Assembly: GCF_028641065.1 (NCBI RefSeq)
Contig: NC_073389.1
Coordinates: 5,518,001 to 5,582,000 of the forward strand
Length of the DNA stretch: 64,000 nt
Source of the DNA: Leucoraja erinacea
Taxonomy: Eukaryota
Reading direction: 5' to 3'
In this document: in pieces, positions 37,487 to 50,681 of the stretch
Position numbering within the stretch: position 1 is the stretch's first letter
Layout: each line of letters starts with the position of its first letter
Translations under genes and position numbers: made by a program
The notes under the pieces: generated by a model
What the model was told of the DNA's origin: nothing
Databases searched by the model: none
The model's input: the letters and a program-made list of their open reading frames with translations, nothing else

Positions 37487-39286
37487 ATCTAGATGCTAAT
37501 ATACCAATATTATTAGGCATATTTGAAGAATGTCACAATTAAATACAGATTATATATAGCAACAAATATCAATTATAAATACTTGAGAACTTTAAGTATA
37601 AGCAAATTATGTAACGTGGACTTTAAAATTCCCAAGAACAAATTTAAACATTTTTTAATAAATAATTACTGACTAACAATGCACGACAGGATTGAATCCC
37701 ACCAATTCCCCACATATCCCCCACGCTTCTAACGTGCAAAATTATAGGCAACTTCCACCAATAATTTAAAAATTACTCTCCCATCTCCGAACACCAAAAG
37801 GCAGTGCCACAACAGTGCTAGCTTCCAAGTTGTGTGCAGGACATTACCTTTATCTTCTGACAAATCCCAAACTATAAGGGCCGGGCAATTTTTGAACTGT
37901 TTATGAAGTTACGATTTCTATTCCAAGCATTAAGAGATATTCTCTCAAGCTGGAGTGCTCACTGCTCTCTTGTAATCGGAATTGCAACTCTCATAATCAG
38001 TTTACTCTCTGCAGCTATTTAACAGAATATTTAGCAGCAATATTGCATATCACAGTCTTCACACACTGAGTATCCTGGGAAGACTGATTAACAATACTGT
38101 TCAAATAGGCAGCGGATTGTGTACCTTAATGCTGAGTTCTTTCCGTGCTAACTCGATCTTGCTAAGCTCCCTTTGGAGAGCACTAATAGCAAGATAATTT
38201 TTCGTGTTGTGCCTGGGACCTTTGTTGTAAATCTGCAAGTCATTATAAGACAGTTTGAGACCGGCACATAGAGGGAATAATTATCACGTTATAACCAAGC
38301 ATATTCTTTTGCATTGGATATCTTGTCCACTGCTTTACTGCGTTACGTTTCAGCAATATTATCAGTTTCACCAGGTCAGAAAATTGCCAGCCCATCAACC
38401 TTCAACTTTTTTTCTGTTGTTTTCCCTGTCCCCGTCTCCGTCTGCGCCGAGGCCTAATGGCGGAGCTTGCGGCCTCGGAGCTGTGGTGGCGGCAGTGGCA
38501 GCAGAAACCCCGACTTTACCATCACCCGGTGGGGTCACAACATCTGGAGCCTGGATCGCCTCGGCGCAGAGGGAGAACAAAGAGGGAAGAGACAGAGACT
38601 TTAAGATTTTGCCTTCCACCACAGTGAGGAGGTGTTTGGTGAACTCACTGTGGTGGATGTTAAATTTGTGTTGATTGTGTGTTTTTGTCATTTTTTATTA
38701 TATGTATGACTGCAGGGAAACAAAATTTCATTCAGACCAAAAGGTCTGAATGACAATAAACAAATCTAATCTAATCTAATCTAACCTTCCAGTTCGTCAC
38801 GGTGGTTTTTGACAAAACTCTGGAAATGTCTGAAATATCAATCTCCCATTTCAGACATGGCAATGACATCTGTAATTTTGCATGTGGTTTTTTATCATAA
38901 TTTTCTGTACATCTTCCCCTTGTTAAAAGACCCAGACCCAGGCTTTTTAATTCATTTTTCCCCCCCAGTCATTTCCTTCAATCATTCCAATTACCATCTG
39001 CTGGTAGTCATAATACCGTAAACACACAAGATACAAATATAGAACAGTGCGTTTCAGTAATTCCTTCTGTCAAGGGAAGGCAATTTAATACTGAGGTTGT
39101 ACCCAATTTATTCTAACAATCCGCTTGCTATATGGTTACAAACCTCCACACCATCCCATAATAGGAATAACTTCTCAAACGTGAGGTGAAGAATAAGAAA
39201 GGTGAAAGAAAAGATGTACGGCATATTTCTGCATGTAAAATAAACATCCAGTGTTATGCCTGATATTCTATGGAATATTTTTTTTT

Positions 39287-40485
39287 TATCTTTGCGGAGC
39301 TCTCGTCCAACTACAGCCTCCCAAACTCCCACCTTTTTCGTTTTTTCCAGATTAGGGATTTTGTGAAGAAGACACTCCCCCATTTCCCAAATTGCCCTCC
39401 TGAAACCCTGACCGATACCATCTTAGCTCTAGATCCCAACCGGAAGAAATGCATCTCTGTTTTGTATAACTTGTTAGGGTCGGTTATATTGAAACCTCAT
39501 ACCTCATTAAAAGCTGCGTGGGAGGGTGAGCTGAATACGAAACTAACAGACCAGCAATAGGACTCTGCCTTGGATTTGATCCATTCATCCTCCATATGTG
39601 CCCGTCATGGCCTAATCCAACGCAAAGTCCTTCACAAAGTCCACTACACAAATGCAAGATTATCTAGAATTTACCCTGCTGTTAGGGACACCTGCAACAG
39701 ATGTAATCAATCCCCTGCCAACCATAGCCATATGTTTTGGTCTTGCCCTAAGCTAGCAGCCTTTTGGAGGAGTGCTTTCGGCTTGATAAGCAGAGCCTAC
39801 GGCCAGACTATTCCTCCAAACCCACTGTCAGCCATTTTCGGTACCCCTCCCAACACCAACCTCTCTGTTGCGGTGAAACGGGTTCTAGCTTTTACAACCT
39901 TGTTAGCCCGGAGACTGATCTTGCTTAACTGGAGGCTTACCTGTCCCCCGACACATGCCCGCTGGATTAAGGAGGTGCTTTACAATTTAAAGCTTGAAAA
40001 ACTTAGGTTCTCTCTCAAAAGCTCTACCAAGACATTCCTAGACACATGGAACCCTTTCTTGGAACTTGTTAACTCTCTCAACTTGTCCCTGGACTCGGAA
40101 GAGGACTGAGTGCTCTCCACCATTGTTCTACTGCACTACTGCAGCTGCTCTCCCCTTAACCCCACCCCCCCCTCCCAACACTTATTTATTTAATTACTTA
40201 CTTATTTACTGTTATTAGTGACCCCTTTTTTTTTTTCTTTAGTACTTTTTGTTTCGTTAATCTTACCATATTTGTGTGGATGTGTACGTATGTGAGTGTT
40301 GTTTGTCCCCGTTTGGTTCCGACCTGATTCGGGTGGGTTGAAGGTGGGTAAGGGTAAGGGCTTTGAGGGTCGCTTACATACTGTTGCACAATTATGCCTT
40401 GACTGTCACTGTCTGTTATCATAGTACGTATGCAAATTGCTGTGAAATTCAAATAAAAAGATTTAAATAAAAAAATTAGAAAAAA
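39287..40485 (+). mobile_element. L1 LINE 3' fragment
   Basis: ORFs 39270..39560 and 39570..40109 (FRFFQIRDF, CNRC..HMFWSCPKL..FW, LEKLRF..W.PFL), 3' UTR, AATAAA and A-rich tail. Confidence 0.9.
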
Positions 40486-40891
40486 CTGTATGCTGACGGG
40501 CACAAATGGAGGACGAAATGTAGCTTTAATGCTAATTGTCAACAGTTTTCCCCCAAAATAAACCTTTATATAATGAAATGTATATCCAACCCAATAATTT
40601 ATTGTCCTTTTCCTGTAACTGGATGCACATCTCATTTTTCTGTGCTTCCAATTCCGCGAATTGAGCCTTTACACCTGTGATCCAAAACAGAAAAGACAAG
40701 ACATGTTGTTGTATTTCCCCCATCTGACAAACATGACATCAGGATGTATGAATACCATGTCTAAACACACATCCTAAGATGGGCTTACCTGTCATTCTGT
40801 TGCTTAAGTGAGTCAACTTGCTTTTTGAACAATTCACATTGCTTGCCCAATGATTTATATTCAATCTGAAGTTCTTTAAATTGCCTTTCAA

Positions 40892-42322
40892 TCTTGCATA
40901 AAACTTCATAAATTTTGGAGCGAAATCTTTGAAAATTTTACAAAACTATTTAAGATAAAACCTGATCCTAATATTGAAATGCTTATATTCGGATCAATGG
41001 AAGATGGGAATAAATTGAACATGTTTCAAAAAATCTTTCCTTAATTATGGTTTAATAACGGCAAAAAAACTTATACTTAAATTTTGGAAAAATACATCCA
41101 TACCAACGCTTAAAATGTGGATTTCAAACATGTCGGAAACCTTACATCTTGAAGAAATGCGACTCCTCCTAATAGACAAAGCAGACCAATTCTTAATGAT
41201 TTGGTCTCCATTTATCCACCTCTTACAAGCATATGGTGCAACATAACCATAGAAATTAATTGTTTCAGGATCGGGTGAAGGGTGGTCAAGAATAATAATG
41301 AGCTATTTCTCCTTCAATCTCCTGTTTTCTATCTCATCTTTTTCTCTCTCTATTCTCTTTTCTTCTTTCCTTCTCCTCACTGTTCGGCATCACGCACTTC
41401 TCTATTTTTCTACGATTCTCTTTCTTTTCTTTCTTTTACCGCTAAAATAAAATAAGAAGTTGTACATAAAGTGTAACATATAACCATGTAACCATATAAC
41501 AATTACAGCACGGAAACAGGCCATCTCGACCCTTCTAGTCCGTGCCGAACACATAATCTCCCCTAGTCCCATATACCTGCGCTCAGACCATAACCCTCCA
41601 TTCCCTTCCCATCCATATAACTTTCCAATTTATTTTTAACTGATAAAAACGAACTTGCCTCCAGCACCTTCACTGGAAGCTCATTCCACACAGCCACCAC
41701 TCTCTGAGTAAAGAAGTTCCCCCTCATGTTACCCCTAAACTTCAGTCTCTTAATTCTCAAGTCATGTCCCCTTGTTTGAATCTTCCCTACTCTCAGTGGG
41801 AAAAGCTTTTCCACGTCAACTCTGCCTATCCCTCTCATCATTTTAAAAACCTCTATCAAGTCCCCCCTTAACCTTCTGCGCTCCAAAGAATAAAGCCCTA
41901 ACTTGTTCAACCTTTCTCTGTAACTTAGTTGCTGAAACCCAGGCAACATTCTAGTAAATCTCCTCTGTACTCTCTCTATTTTGTTGACATCCTTCCTATA
42001 ATTAGGCGACCAAAATTGTACACCATACTCCAGAATTGGCCTCACCAATGCCTTGTACAATTTTAACATTACATCCCAACTTCTATACTCAATGCTCTGA
42101 TTTATAAAAAGGCCAGCACACACCAAAGCTTTCTTTACCACCCTATCTACATGAGATTCCACTTTCAGGGAACTGTGCACAGTTATTCCCAGATCCCTCT
42201 GTTCACCTACATTCTTCAATTCCCTACCATTTACCATGTAACATGTCAATATATATTAGGTATCTACAAGGTACCACATTATTGTCCTTACTTCTAATAA
42301 AATTAAAATTAAAACAATTAAA
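40892..42322 (+). mobile_element. L1 3' fragment inserted in a CIP2A exon, with nested CR1 (41480-42236, -)
   Basis: 15-bp TSD TAAATTGCCTTTCAA at 40877-40891 and 42323-42337; L1 peptide KKLILKFWK..PTLKMW..LEEMR; nested CR1 flanked by TGTAACAT (41472-41479, 42237-42244). Confidence 0.92.
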
Positions 42323-44099
42323 TAAATTGCCTTTCAACATTATCAAGACTGGAAGGAAAATATTTATGAATTAATGATTAACTGATCAAAAATATGCAGA
42401 TTATGAATAGGTACAATTGTTCTCAAGAATGCCTAACTTTTCTCACAGTAAGTGTATATATCTCCACAGGTAACTTTTCCCCTCATGTTCCTTTGCTGTT
42501 TGAAGTCTCTTGTTGGTGCTTGGAGCCCAATGTATTATTAATGCAATTTTGAAAATAGATGGAAGGAGATGGACAAGAGTTGCCTGGGAGAAATCCCTCT
42601 CAATTCCATTTTCTTCCAAGCAACTTTTGCTTTCAACATGAAGGAATCCAACCCGTGTAACTATGCCATGCAGAAAACCCTCAACTATTGCATATGTACT
42701 CCAATGCCAAACCTATGAATGTTTTAAAGACAGCTGGAACATACCTTCAATAAAACAAAAATAAGCTAAACCCACTTTTGAGAAAGATTTTTTGAGGTAA
42801 TCTTCAAGGATTCGTGCTCATCAGCTACAGTCTGTAGTTTACAATTGTGATGATAAAGCTCTTCAATATCAGCCTTGGCACGGTCAGATTCCAGCAGCTG
42901 AGTCTTCAGCACTCCATCAAGCTCTTCATTTTTTCTCTCTGCTTCCATCAGAAGTGAGGCTAATTGTCGTGCCTACAACTCAAAAACAAATACATCATCA
43001 TTTATAAACTGTAACAGTTCAGTATAAATGTATACAACAGATCCTTGTACATTATATGCTAGACATGGCACTTTAAAACACGAGCTAACTCACCACTAGA
43101 TGTCACTGGTCATTCCACGATCTCAGAATGAACTAAATCACCTCCAGTTTTTATGGCATCTTAGTTTCCAGATCATTAATAAACCCTTTCTCATGAGCCA
43201 ATACCAAATCTAAAACAGCCCGTTCCTTCAGTTGTTCCTCAATATATTGCTTTAGAAAACCATGTCTTACACATTCCATGGATTTGATCTCCACAACTAA
43301 TAAAAACGTTACCTTTCTCTGCAAAGCTTTTAAAATCCATTAGTGGTTGAAGCGTACAAGTTATAATCCGACAGTTCAGTTAATTTTTCTGCTAAATTTA
43401 TGACTTGAATTGCAAACGATAAGTGAAACTAATGTAAAGTTGTATCTGGTAAAGTTACATATCAACATACCTCTGCCTCTGCATGGGCTCTTTGATAACG
43501 ATACTGGGCAATCAAACGGTCAGCCTGTGCTAGGGCCAGTGCTTTAGCTTCCAACAAATCTTGTAAACGATTTTCTTTGGACTGAACAAAGAGGCAGATT
43601 AAATATTGTCAAAATTGAAGCATGTTTCACAACAAGATTGTTTGCAGCATTGCAAACTACAAAAATGCTGACGCTCACAGACCTGAAACATCCCCTTTCC
43701 ATGATCTCCAGAGATGCTGCCTGTCCCGCTGAGTCACTCCAGCACTTTGCGTCGACTCAAAGTGTTTCTGCTGTTTTACCTTCCAGCAGGTTGTTGGTTG
43801 TTGATTTGTTATCCGCTCTCTACACGAACACAAAGTTTCTCATGACAACGTTTCAAAGAGTAGGAGACGTTTTGTCCCCAATGGCCTGACCCACTAATTA
43901 TCACATTCCCCTCCTCACAACAATGTTGTGGTCACCTTGCAGTTCATGCAGTGGAACAGTTCAAGGATACGCGATGGATGGCCTTTAAAATGTTGTGGGA
44001 AATGGTCAGATTATGAGGGGCAGTGAGATCATTGTATTCACCGACATCCCTCCTCACACTGTCGACTTTGACAAGGTCAAGTTCCCATCTTCTTTGTTC

Positions 44100-46510
44100 A
44101 TTAGTGATAGGAGAATAATGAGGTCTACTCTGCCATTCAATCATGGCTGATCAATCTCTCCCTCCTAACCCCATTCTCCTGCCTTCTCCCCATAACCCCT
44201 GATGCCCATACTAATCAAGAATCTATCTGTCTCTGCCTTTAAAATATCAATTGACGACCTCCTCAACCTTCTGTGGCAAAGAATTCCACAGATTCACCAC
44301 CCTGACTAAAGACCCTTAACCTTATCTCATTCCTAAAGGAGCGAACTTTTATTCTGAGGTTATGACCACTGATCCAAGACTCTCCCAGCAGTGGAAAAAT
44401 CCTCTCCACATCCACTCTATCCAGGTCTTTCACTGTTCCGTGAGTTTCAATGAGGTCTCTCCTCATCCTTCTAAACTCCAGCGAGTACATGCCCAGCGCC
44501 ATCAAATGCTCACTCATAGAAAGATAGAAACATAGAAAATAGGTGCAAGAGTAGGCCATTCGGCCCTTCGAGCCTGCACCGCTATTCAATATGATCATGG
44601 CTGATCATCCAACACAGTATCCTGTACCTGCCTTCTCTCCATACCCCCTAAACCCTTTAGCCACAAGGGCCACATCTAACTCCCTCTTAAATATAGCCAA
44701 CGAACTGGCCTCAACTACCTTCTGTGGCAGAGAATTCCACAGATTCACCACTCTCTATGTAAAAAATGTTTTCCTCATCTCGGTCCTAAAAGATTTCCCC
44801 CTTATCTTTAAACTGTGACCCCTTGTTCTGGACTTCCCCAACATTGGAAACAATCTTCCTGCATCTAGCCTGTCCAACCCCTTAAGAATTTTGTAAGTTT
44901 CTATAAGATCCCCCTTCAATCGTCTAAATTCTAGCGGGTACAAACCAGTTCTATCCAGTCTTTCTTCATATGAAAGTCCTGACATCCCAGGAATCAGTCT
45001 GGTGAACCTTCTCTGTACTCCCTCTATGGCAAGAATGTCTTTCCTCAGATTGGGAGACCAAAACTGTACGAAATACTCCAGGTGTGGTCTCACCAAGACC
45101 CTGTACAACTGCAGCAGAACCTCCCTGCTCCTATACTCAAATCCTTTTGCTATGAATGCTAACACACCATTCGCCTTCTTCACTGCCTGCTGCACCTGCA
45201 TGCCTACTTTGCCTGGGATAATTCTCAGAAACCTCCTCTGGGCCCTCTCCAGCACATCCTCCTCAGATATGGGGCCCAGAATTACTCACAATATTGCATA
45301 TGCAATCTGACCAGTGTCTTATAAAGCCTCAGCATTACAAGCTTAGTTGAGTTGTTCAGCTCAATGCGTGAAAGACAATTGGACAGGTACAGGGATAGGA
45401 ATGGTTTAGAGGGATGTGGGCCAAATGCAAGCGAACGGGACTAGCTCAGGAAGGCAATATGGTCGGAATGGATGAGATGGGCCGAATGGCCTGTGTCCGT
45501 GCTCATTGGTCAATGACAGTGGCAACGAGTTCCATTCTTACCAATGGAATCACAGAGCAGTGCCGGGTGCCACTGTGATCCCACAAGTGAATGCCCTGCA
45601 GTCTGTCTAGAATTGCCCTTGGACTTCAGCCCCTCTGCCTGGCTCTGGGGCTCTGTTTCCTCTCTGGGACACACAGGTTGGGATCACGGAAGCCTCCTCA
45701 TTCTCCCTCGTGAGGGTCTGCCTAGTCTGTGCTCGTTCGATGAGGTCCTGGTGCCACTCCTGGTGTCCAGCGTTAGGGCAGAGAAGGACATCAGGACCGT
45801 GGCTGTTCCTCTCACAGACGCAGAGGGCTGTTGTGTCTACAATTCCCACCACTGCTGAGGGACTAAGAATGTGTGAGAAGTTTCCATATGGTTTTTGTTT
45901 AGTATATATGTTTTATTCTGAATTAAGTTAATTTTAACAATATATTTAAAATTGCTGCAGCATTTGATGTTTCAGATAGCTGGCCGCTTGTTCATGAGTT
46001 CAAAGTGATAGGAGCTGAAGGGTCAGTGTGGGAATAAGGCCATATGGCCCATCATGTCTACTCCACCATTCAATCATGGCTGATCTATCTCTCCCTCCTA
46101 ACCCCATTCTCCTGCCTTCTCCCCCAAAAACTAATCAAAAGTCTATTTATCTCTGCCTGAAAAGTATCCATTAACTTGGCCTCCTCAGACTTCAGGAGCA
46201 ATGAATTATGCAGATTCACCACCCTCTGACTAAAGAAATTCCTCCTCATCTCCTTCTTAAAGGAACACCCTTTATTTCTGAGGCTGTGACCTCTAGTCCA
46301 AGACTCTCCCACTAGTGGAAACATCCTCTCCACATCCACTTTTTCAGAACCTTGCCCTATTCAGTGAGTTTCAATGAGATGAAACTCATAACTTATGTTC
46401 ATGTTCATAAGTGATAGGAGCAGATTTAGGCCATTCGGCCCATCACGTCAACTCCACCATTCCATCATGGCTGATCTATCTCTCCCCCTGCCTTCTCCCC
46501 ATAACCCCTG
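44100..46510. mobile_element. Cluster of CR1 3' fragments, mostly - strand; unique island about 45520-45980
   Basis: ORFs 44263..44598, 44755..45255 and 46085..46339 are CR1 ORF2 C-termini. Confidence 0.88.
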
Positions 46511-48494
46511 ACACGTGTATCATTTTCAGCAGTGTAGTTCAGTGCCCCGTAGCTGAATGTGTCCAACGTGATTTTAAACCATTCACCTTGCTGTAGTCAA
46601 CATGGCTTGCACACTGCAGCTGTTGAGCTGAGTTCCCTTTAGAGTTTTCCTCTTTGGTTTATTGCAGTGAAGAAGGAGGTGAGATCGATAAAGTCCAGGG
46701 CGGAGAGTGTAGAGAATGTGGAGCCGGTGAGGACGGAGCACCTTGGGAATGAACATGCCATCTACCATCTGCTCGGACAGGGCTGTGCCCGTGAATCATG
46801 AACGAACGCACCCACCAGAGGCAACCCCACAGTCACAGCATCGCAAACGTTCAGTCTCCACACAGTGTTCTTCTTCAAACCCGGCACCTCTCTTGCTGTC
46901 CACAGCTGGTGACTCATTCAATATTACTCTGGAAATTCTTCTGGTGAACTATTAATTCTTCTGGTGAATTATTAAATAAAAATCTATTCTATATCAGGCA
47001 ATTGATTTAATGCTGCAATTTGGACAATCCCCTTCTGTATGAAGAAGGGTCCCGACCCGAAACGTCACCGATTCAAGTTCTCCTGAGATGCTGCCTGACC
47101 TGCTGAGTTACTCCAGCACTTTGTGTCTTGTTGTGTATTAACCAGCACCTGCAGTTCTCTGTTTCTAGTAAATGTGGAGGCTTTGTGAAGCTCCGTGAAG
47201 CTCGGTGTTGCTTCTTGAAGCTTGAAGCCCTGTACCTGAGCTCTGAAACGCTCTATATCTATGTCCTTTAATTCTGAGGCAAGAATCTCCCACTGGTGGC
47301 AGATCAGGGTGAAGAGACCCGACCTCTCCTTGTTCTCTAGAGCTGCTGCCTGACCTGTTGAGTTAGTCTGGCACTTTGTATATTTTTTGTAATGCAGCAT
47401 CCGCAGTTCCTTATTTTCCTATCTGTTCACACACGTGACCAGAACCAATAATGCTGTCATCAGCATGGCTCCCTTTATGAATCATACAGCAGTAGTTAGC
47501 TGGTGTTTTGTCCACACACTGCTAGTGACCTGGGCTAATGCAGAATGTGTAAGTATATCTTCATCTCCACACATTTTGAGTATGGATTTATCATGTAATC
47601 CGGCACCAAAGGCCTACATTTTATTTTTTAAAATATTTTAATTTGTATTTTCGGATCATCTCCATGTCATGAAATAGTCAGCAAGTGTGGACCAATTGGA
47701 CATTAACTGATCAAGGTGCCAACCAAGATTAATGTTGCTGGCTAGTAAATCTTTCTCACGATGACTCCAGCTCTCGAACCTTCATAGTTATTGTATCGTG
47801 TAGGAAGGAACTGCAGATGCTGGTTTACACTGAAGATAGACACAACATGCCGGAGTAATTGTATGGGCCAGCTGCAGTGTTAGAGTTGTACATGTAAATA
47901 TTCATGGCATGGAGCATGGACACACACTAAACTCCCAGTGCATGTTCCACACACCGAGAGCTACGTACATTTATACTTGATGATCTAAGTGCCCACTTGA
48001 GACTGTTAGGTTGTACAGTGTGACACTATAATGTGTTGTGATGTAATTAAATCCATGTAATCGTGCCTAGAATTGTTATGCACGGCACAGTGGTGATAAA
48101 TTACACAATTTACCAGACCGTCTATGCTTTCAAGTGGAGCGTCGTTACAATAGATCACTGCAAGAAACGTATTTGTTTTATTTGTTATAGTTCTCACAAG
48201 ATGGCCCGTCTCATGTTGCCTGTCACAGTGAGTCAATAGAACGGCAGCTTGCAGCGGTAGATCAAACCAAGGCAGAGAAGACCACGGCAAAATGAGTTTA
48301 GAACTGAATTTGAACTCTCTCCATTGTCGGGAATCTAGGATTAAAAATACGCTATAAAAATCCACTATTTGTGGCAAAACGTACAGATACAAAATGGTTC
48401 ATTTCAAATAAGAGCATGGAACAGTAAAGCACAGGAACAGGCCCTTCGGCCCACAATGTCCGTGCTAAACATTTAACTAAACATGATGCCAAGA

Positions 48495-48995
48495 TTTGCT
48501 ATTGAGGGAGTGCAGCGTAGGTTCACAAGGTTAATTCCCAGGATGGCGGGACTGTCATATGCTGAGAGAATGGAGCAGCTGGGCTTGTACAGAAGGATGA
48601 GAGGATATCTCATTGAAACATTTAAGATTGTTAAGGGTTTGGACACGCTAGAGGCAGGAAACGTGTTCCCGATGTTGGGGGAGTCCAGAACCAGGGGCCA
48701 CAGTTTAAAAATAAGGGGTAATCCATTTAGAACGGAGACGAGGAAAGACTTTTTCTCACAGAGATTGGTGAATCTGTGGAATTCTCTGCCTCAGGGTGGT
48801 GGAGACCGGTTCTCTGGATGCTTTCAAGAGAGAGCTAGATAGGGCTCTTAAAAATAGCGGAGTCAGGGGATATGGGGAGAAGGCAGGAACGGGGTACTGA
48901 TTGGGGATGATCAGCCATGATCACATTGAATGGCGATGCTAACTCGAAGGGCCCAATGGCCTACTCCTGCACCTACTGTCTATTGTCCATTGTCT
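48495..48995 (+). mobile_element. CR1 LINE 3' fragment
   Basis: AIEGVQRRFTRLIP..RTRGHSLKI..FFSQRLVNLWNSLP plus 3' UTR. Confidence 0.9.
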
Positions 48996-50598
48996 AAGAC
49001 CAACCCTTATCTATCTGCGGCATGGTGGTGCAACGGTGGAGTTGCTGCCTTACAGCGGCAGAGACCCGGGTTTGATCGCGACTACGGGTGCTGTCTGTAC
49101 GTAGTTTGTACGCTCTCCCCGTGACCTGTGTGGCTTTTCTCCAAGATCTTCGGATTCCTTCCAAAGACGCACAGGGTTCTAGGCTAATTAGCTTGGTAAA
49201 ATTGTCGTGTATCATATGCGGGGATCGCGTCAGTACGGACTCGATGGGCCGAAGGGCCTGTTTCTGCGCTGTATCTCTAAACTAAACTAAACCAAAAAAA
49301 CTTAAAGTAAACTATCTGCACGAGGTGGTGGGAGGTACAATAACAACTTTTGATACGAACATGGATTGTATGGACATGGGCCAAACATGGGCATGTGGGA
49401 CTGCTGTGGATGGGGCAACATGGTCAGCATGAGCAGGTTCTGCTGAAGGGCCTGTTTCAGTGCAGTATGATTCTATGGCAATGTCAATAAATTGGTCAGA
49501 CTGATTGAAACTGCCATTTATTCTGAGCTGACACACAAGATGGATGCACTTTTCTCACCAGAACAATACAGGGAGCTGTAAACAAACGTGCGTTTAATTG
49601 TAAATTGGCCGTTACTTTGTGCAGAAGCTGCAGATTACAGGTGACGGTGAGGCCCAGATAATGTGCCCAGACGGCCCATCCTGGTGACATGATCTTTCAC
49701 ACACGCAGACAACGCCGCGCTTCATACTATATTTGGTTTCTCCTTTTCACACACTAGCTGTAAATAACATCTTGTTAACGTTTTGTGAAATTGTCATCCT
49801 TTGCTTGTCATTAGAAATAACGTCTCTCCTTGTTGTAGAAACCAGCTTTTGCCCAAAGTCTAGCTAATATTTAAAATGGGGAAGTACACAAAGTAACTGT
49901 ATTTAAATGTTACAATGCTTTTTCACAAGTTGAGTATAATGATAAAAATGTCTACTTTTTATGCCTGACCAAGTAGAATATAATTCATTGTATTTTTGCA
50001 TTTATTTTGTTTGTTTTACTGTTAAGTGAAGTTTCCATGACATTGATAGGTGGGATATCGAGTTCATCGATGACCCTTCTTTGAATTATAGCGAGAGAGT
50101 GTGACTATTTTGAAGTATAGCTTATTGCACTTGATATCACTTTTTTTAGCATGTGAAAAGACTGCAACATTTGATCACCAACATAGACATGTGTGAGGTT
50201 GTAACAGCGGTAATTGGATGCCCCAACTCTGCCATGGTGCCTGTTCCTTGAGTGTGGCCAGTTGCTTACAATGGACAACGTGAGAGTTAGTGGATGAGGG
50301 AGAGCGGGGAGGACAGACACATCCTCTCTGTAACGCTGCTTCTGTTGTTGCTGCAGTGGTGAGCACAGGGCGAGTTTGCTGTCAATGCCACAGTTGTACA
50401 GCAGGGGGCAGTAGGATGAATGTTGTTGTCTGTAGGGGTGTCTCATTGATAACTGCTCTGAAACATCTGCCCATTCACTTTGGCCCTTGTGTGCATCTGA
50501 AGGGATAAACCGTGTGAGAATAAGGTCTGTGCCAGAACCTTCTCCAGGCCTACGCCCCAATACCATAACTTTAGAAGAAGTTTGATAGAGAGCCGATA

Positions 50599-50681
50599 TT
50601 ACCCGGTGAACGTGAGGCTGTGGGAGGAAGAGTAGAGATCATCACCGTGAACAGCAGGCGATGAACCTTCATCACCATCAC
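50599..50681 (-). CDS. V-C1 receptor, candidate last coding exon
   Basis: CCATTTGCAG acceptor; phase-1 frame DGDEGSSPAVHGDDLYSSSHSLTFTG*; followed by unique sequence and a minus-strand AATAAA at 50001-50006. Confidence 0.45.

Larger units (their letters stand above)
34130..43581 (-). pseudogene. CIP2A: CIP2A (KIAA1524) unprocessed pseudogene, last six coding exons only
   Basis: Exons: 43581-43471 ([28 protein letters not shown]), 42972-42776 ([18 protein letters not shown]), 42348-42338 + 40891-40789, 40674-40591, 38232-38125 (..RELSKIELARKELSIK), 35932-35831 + 34207-34130 (SSFEVQKSQLEARL..HSQMIAMIHSLSSSKLPSNTVNLSL*). All have GT-AG boundaries; four disabling lesions. Confidence 0.92.

Noticed and set aside
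50105-50566. 153-aa minus-strand ORF
   Set aside because: No recognisable domain; its position fits the 3' UTR of the V-C1 receptor.
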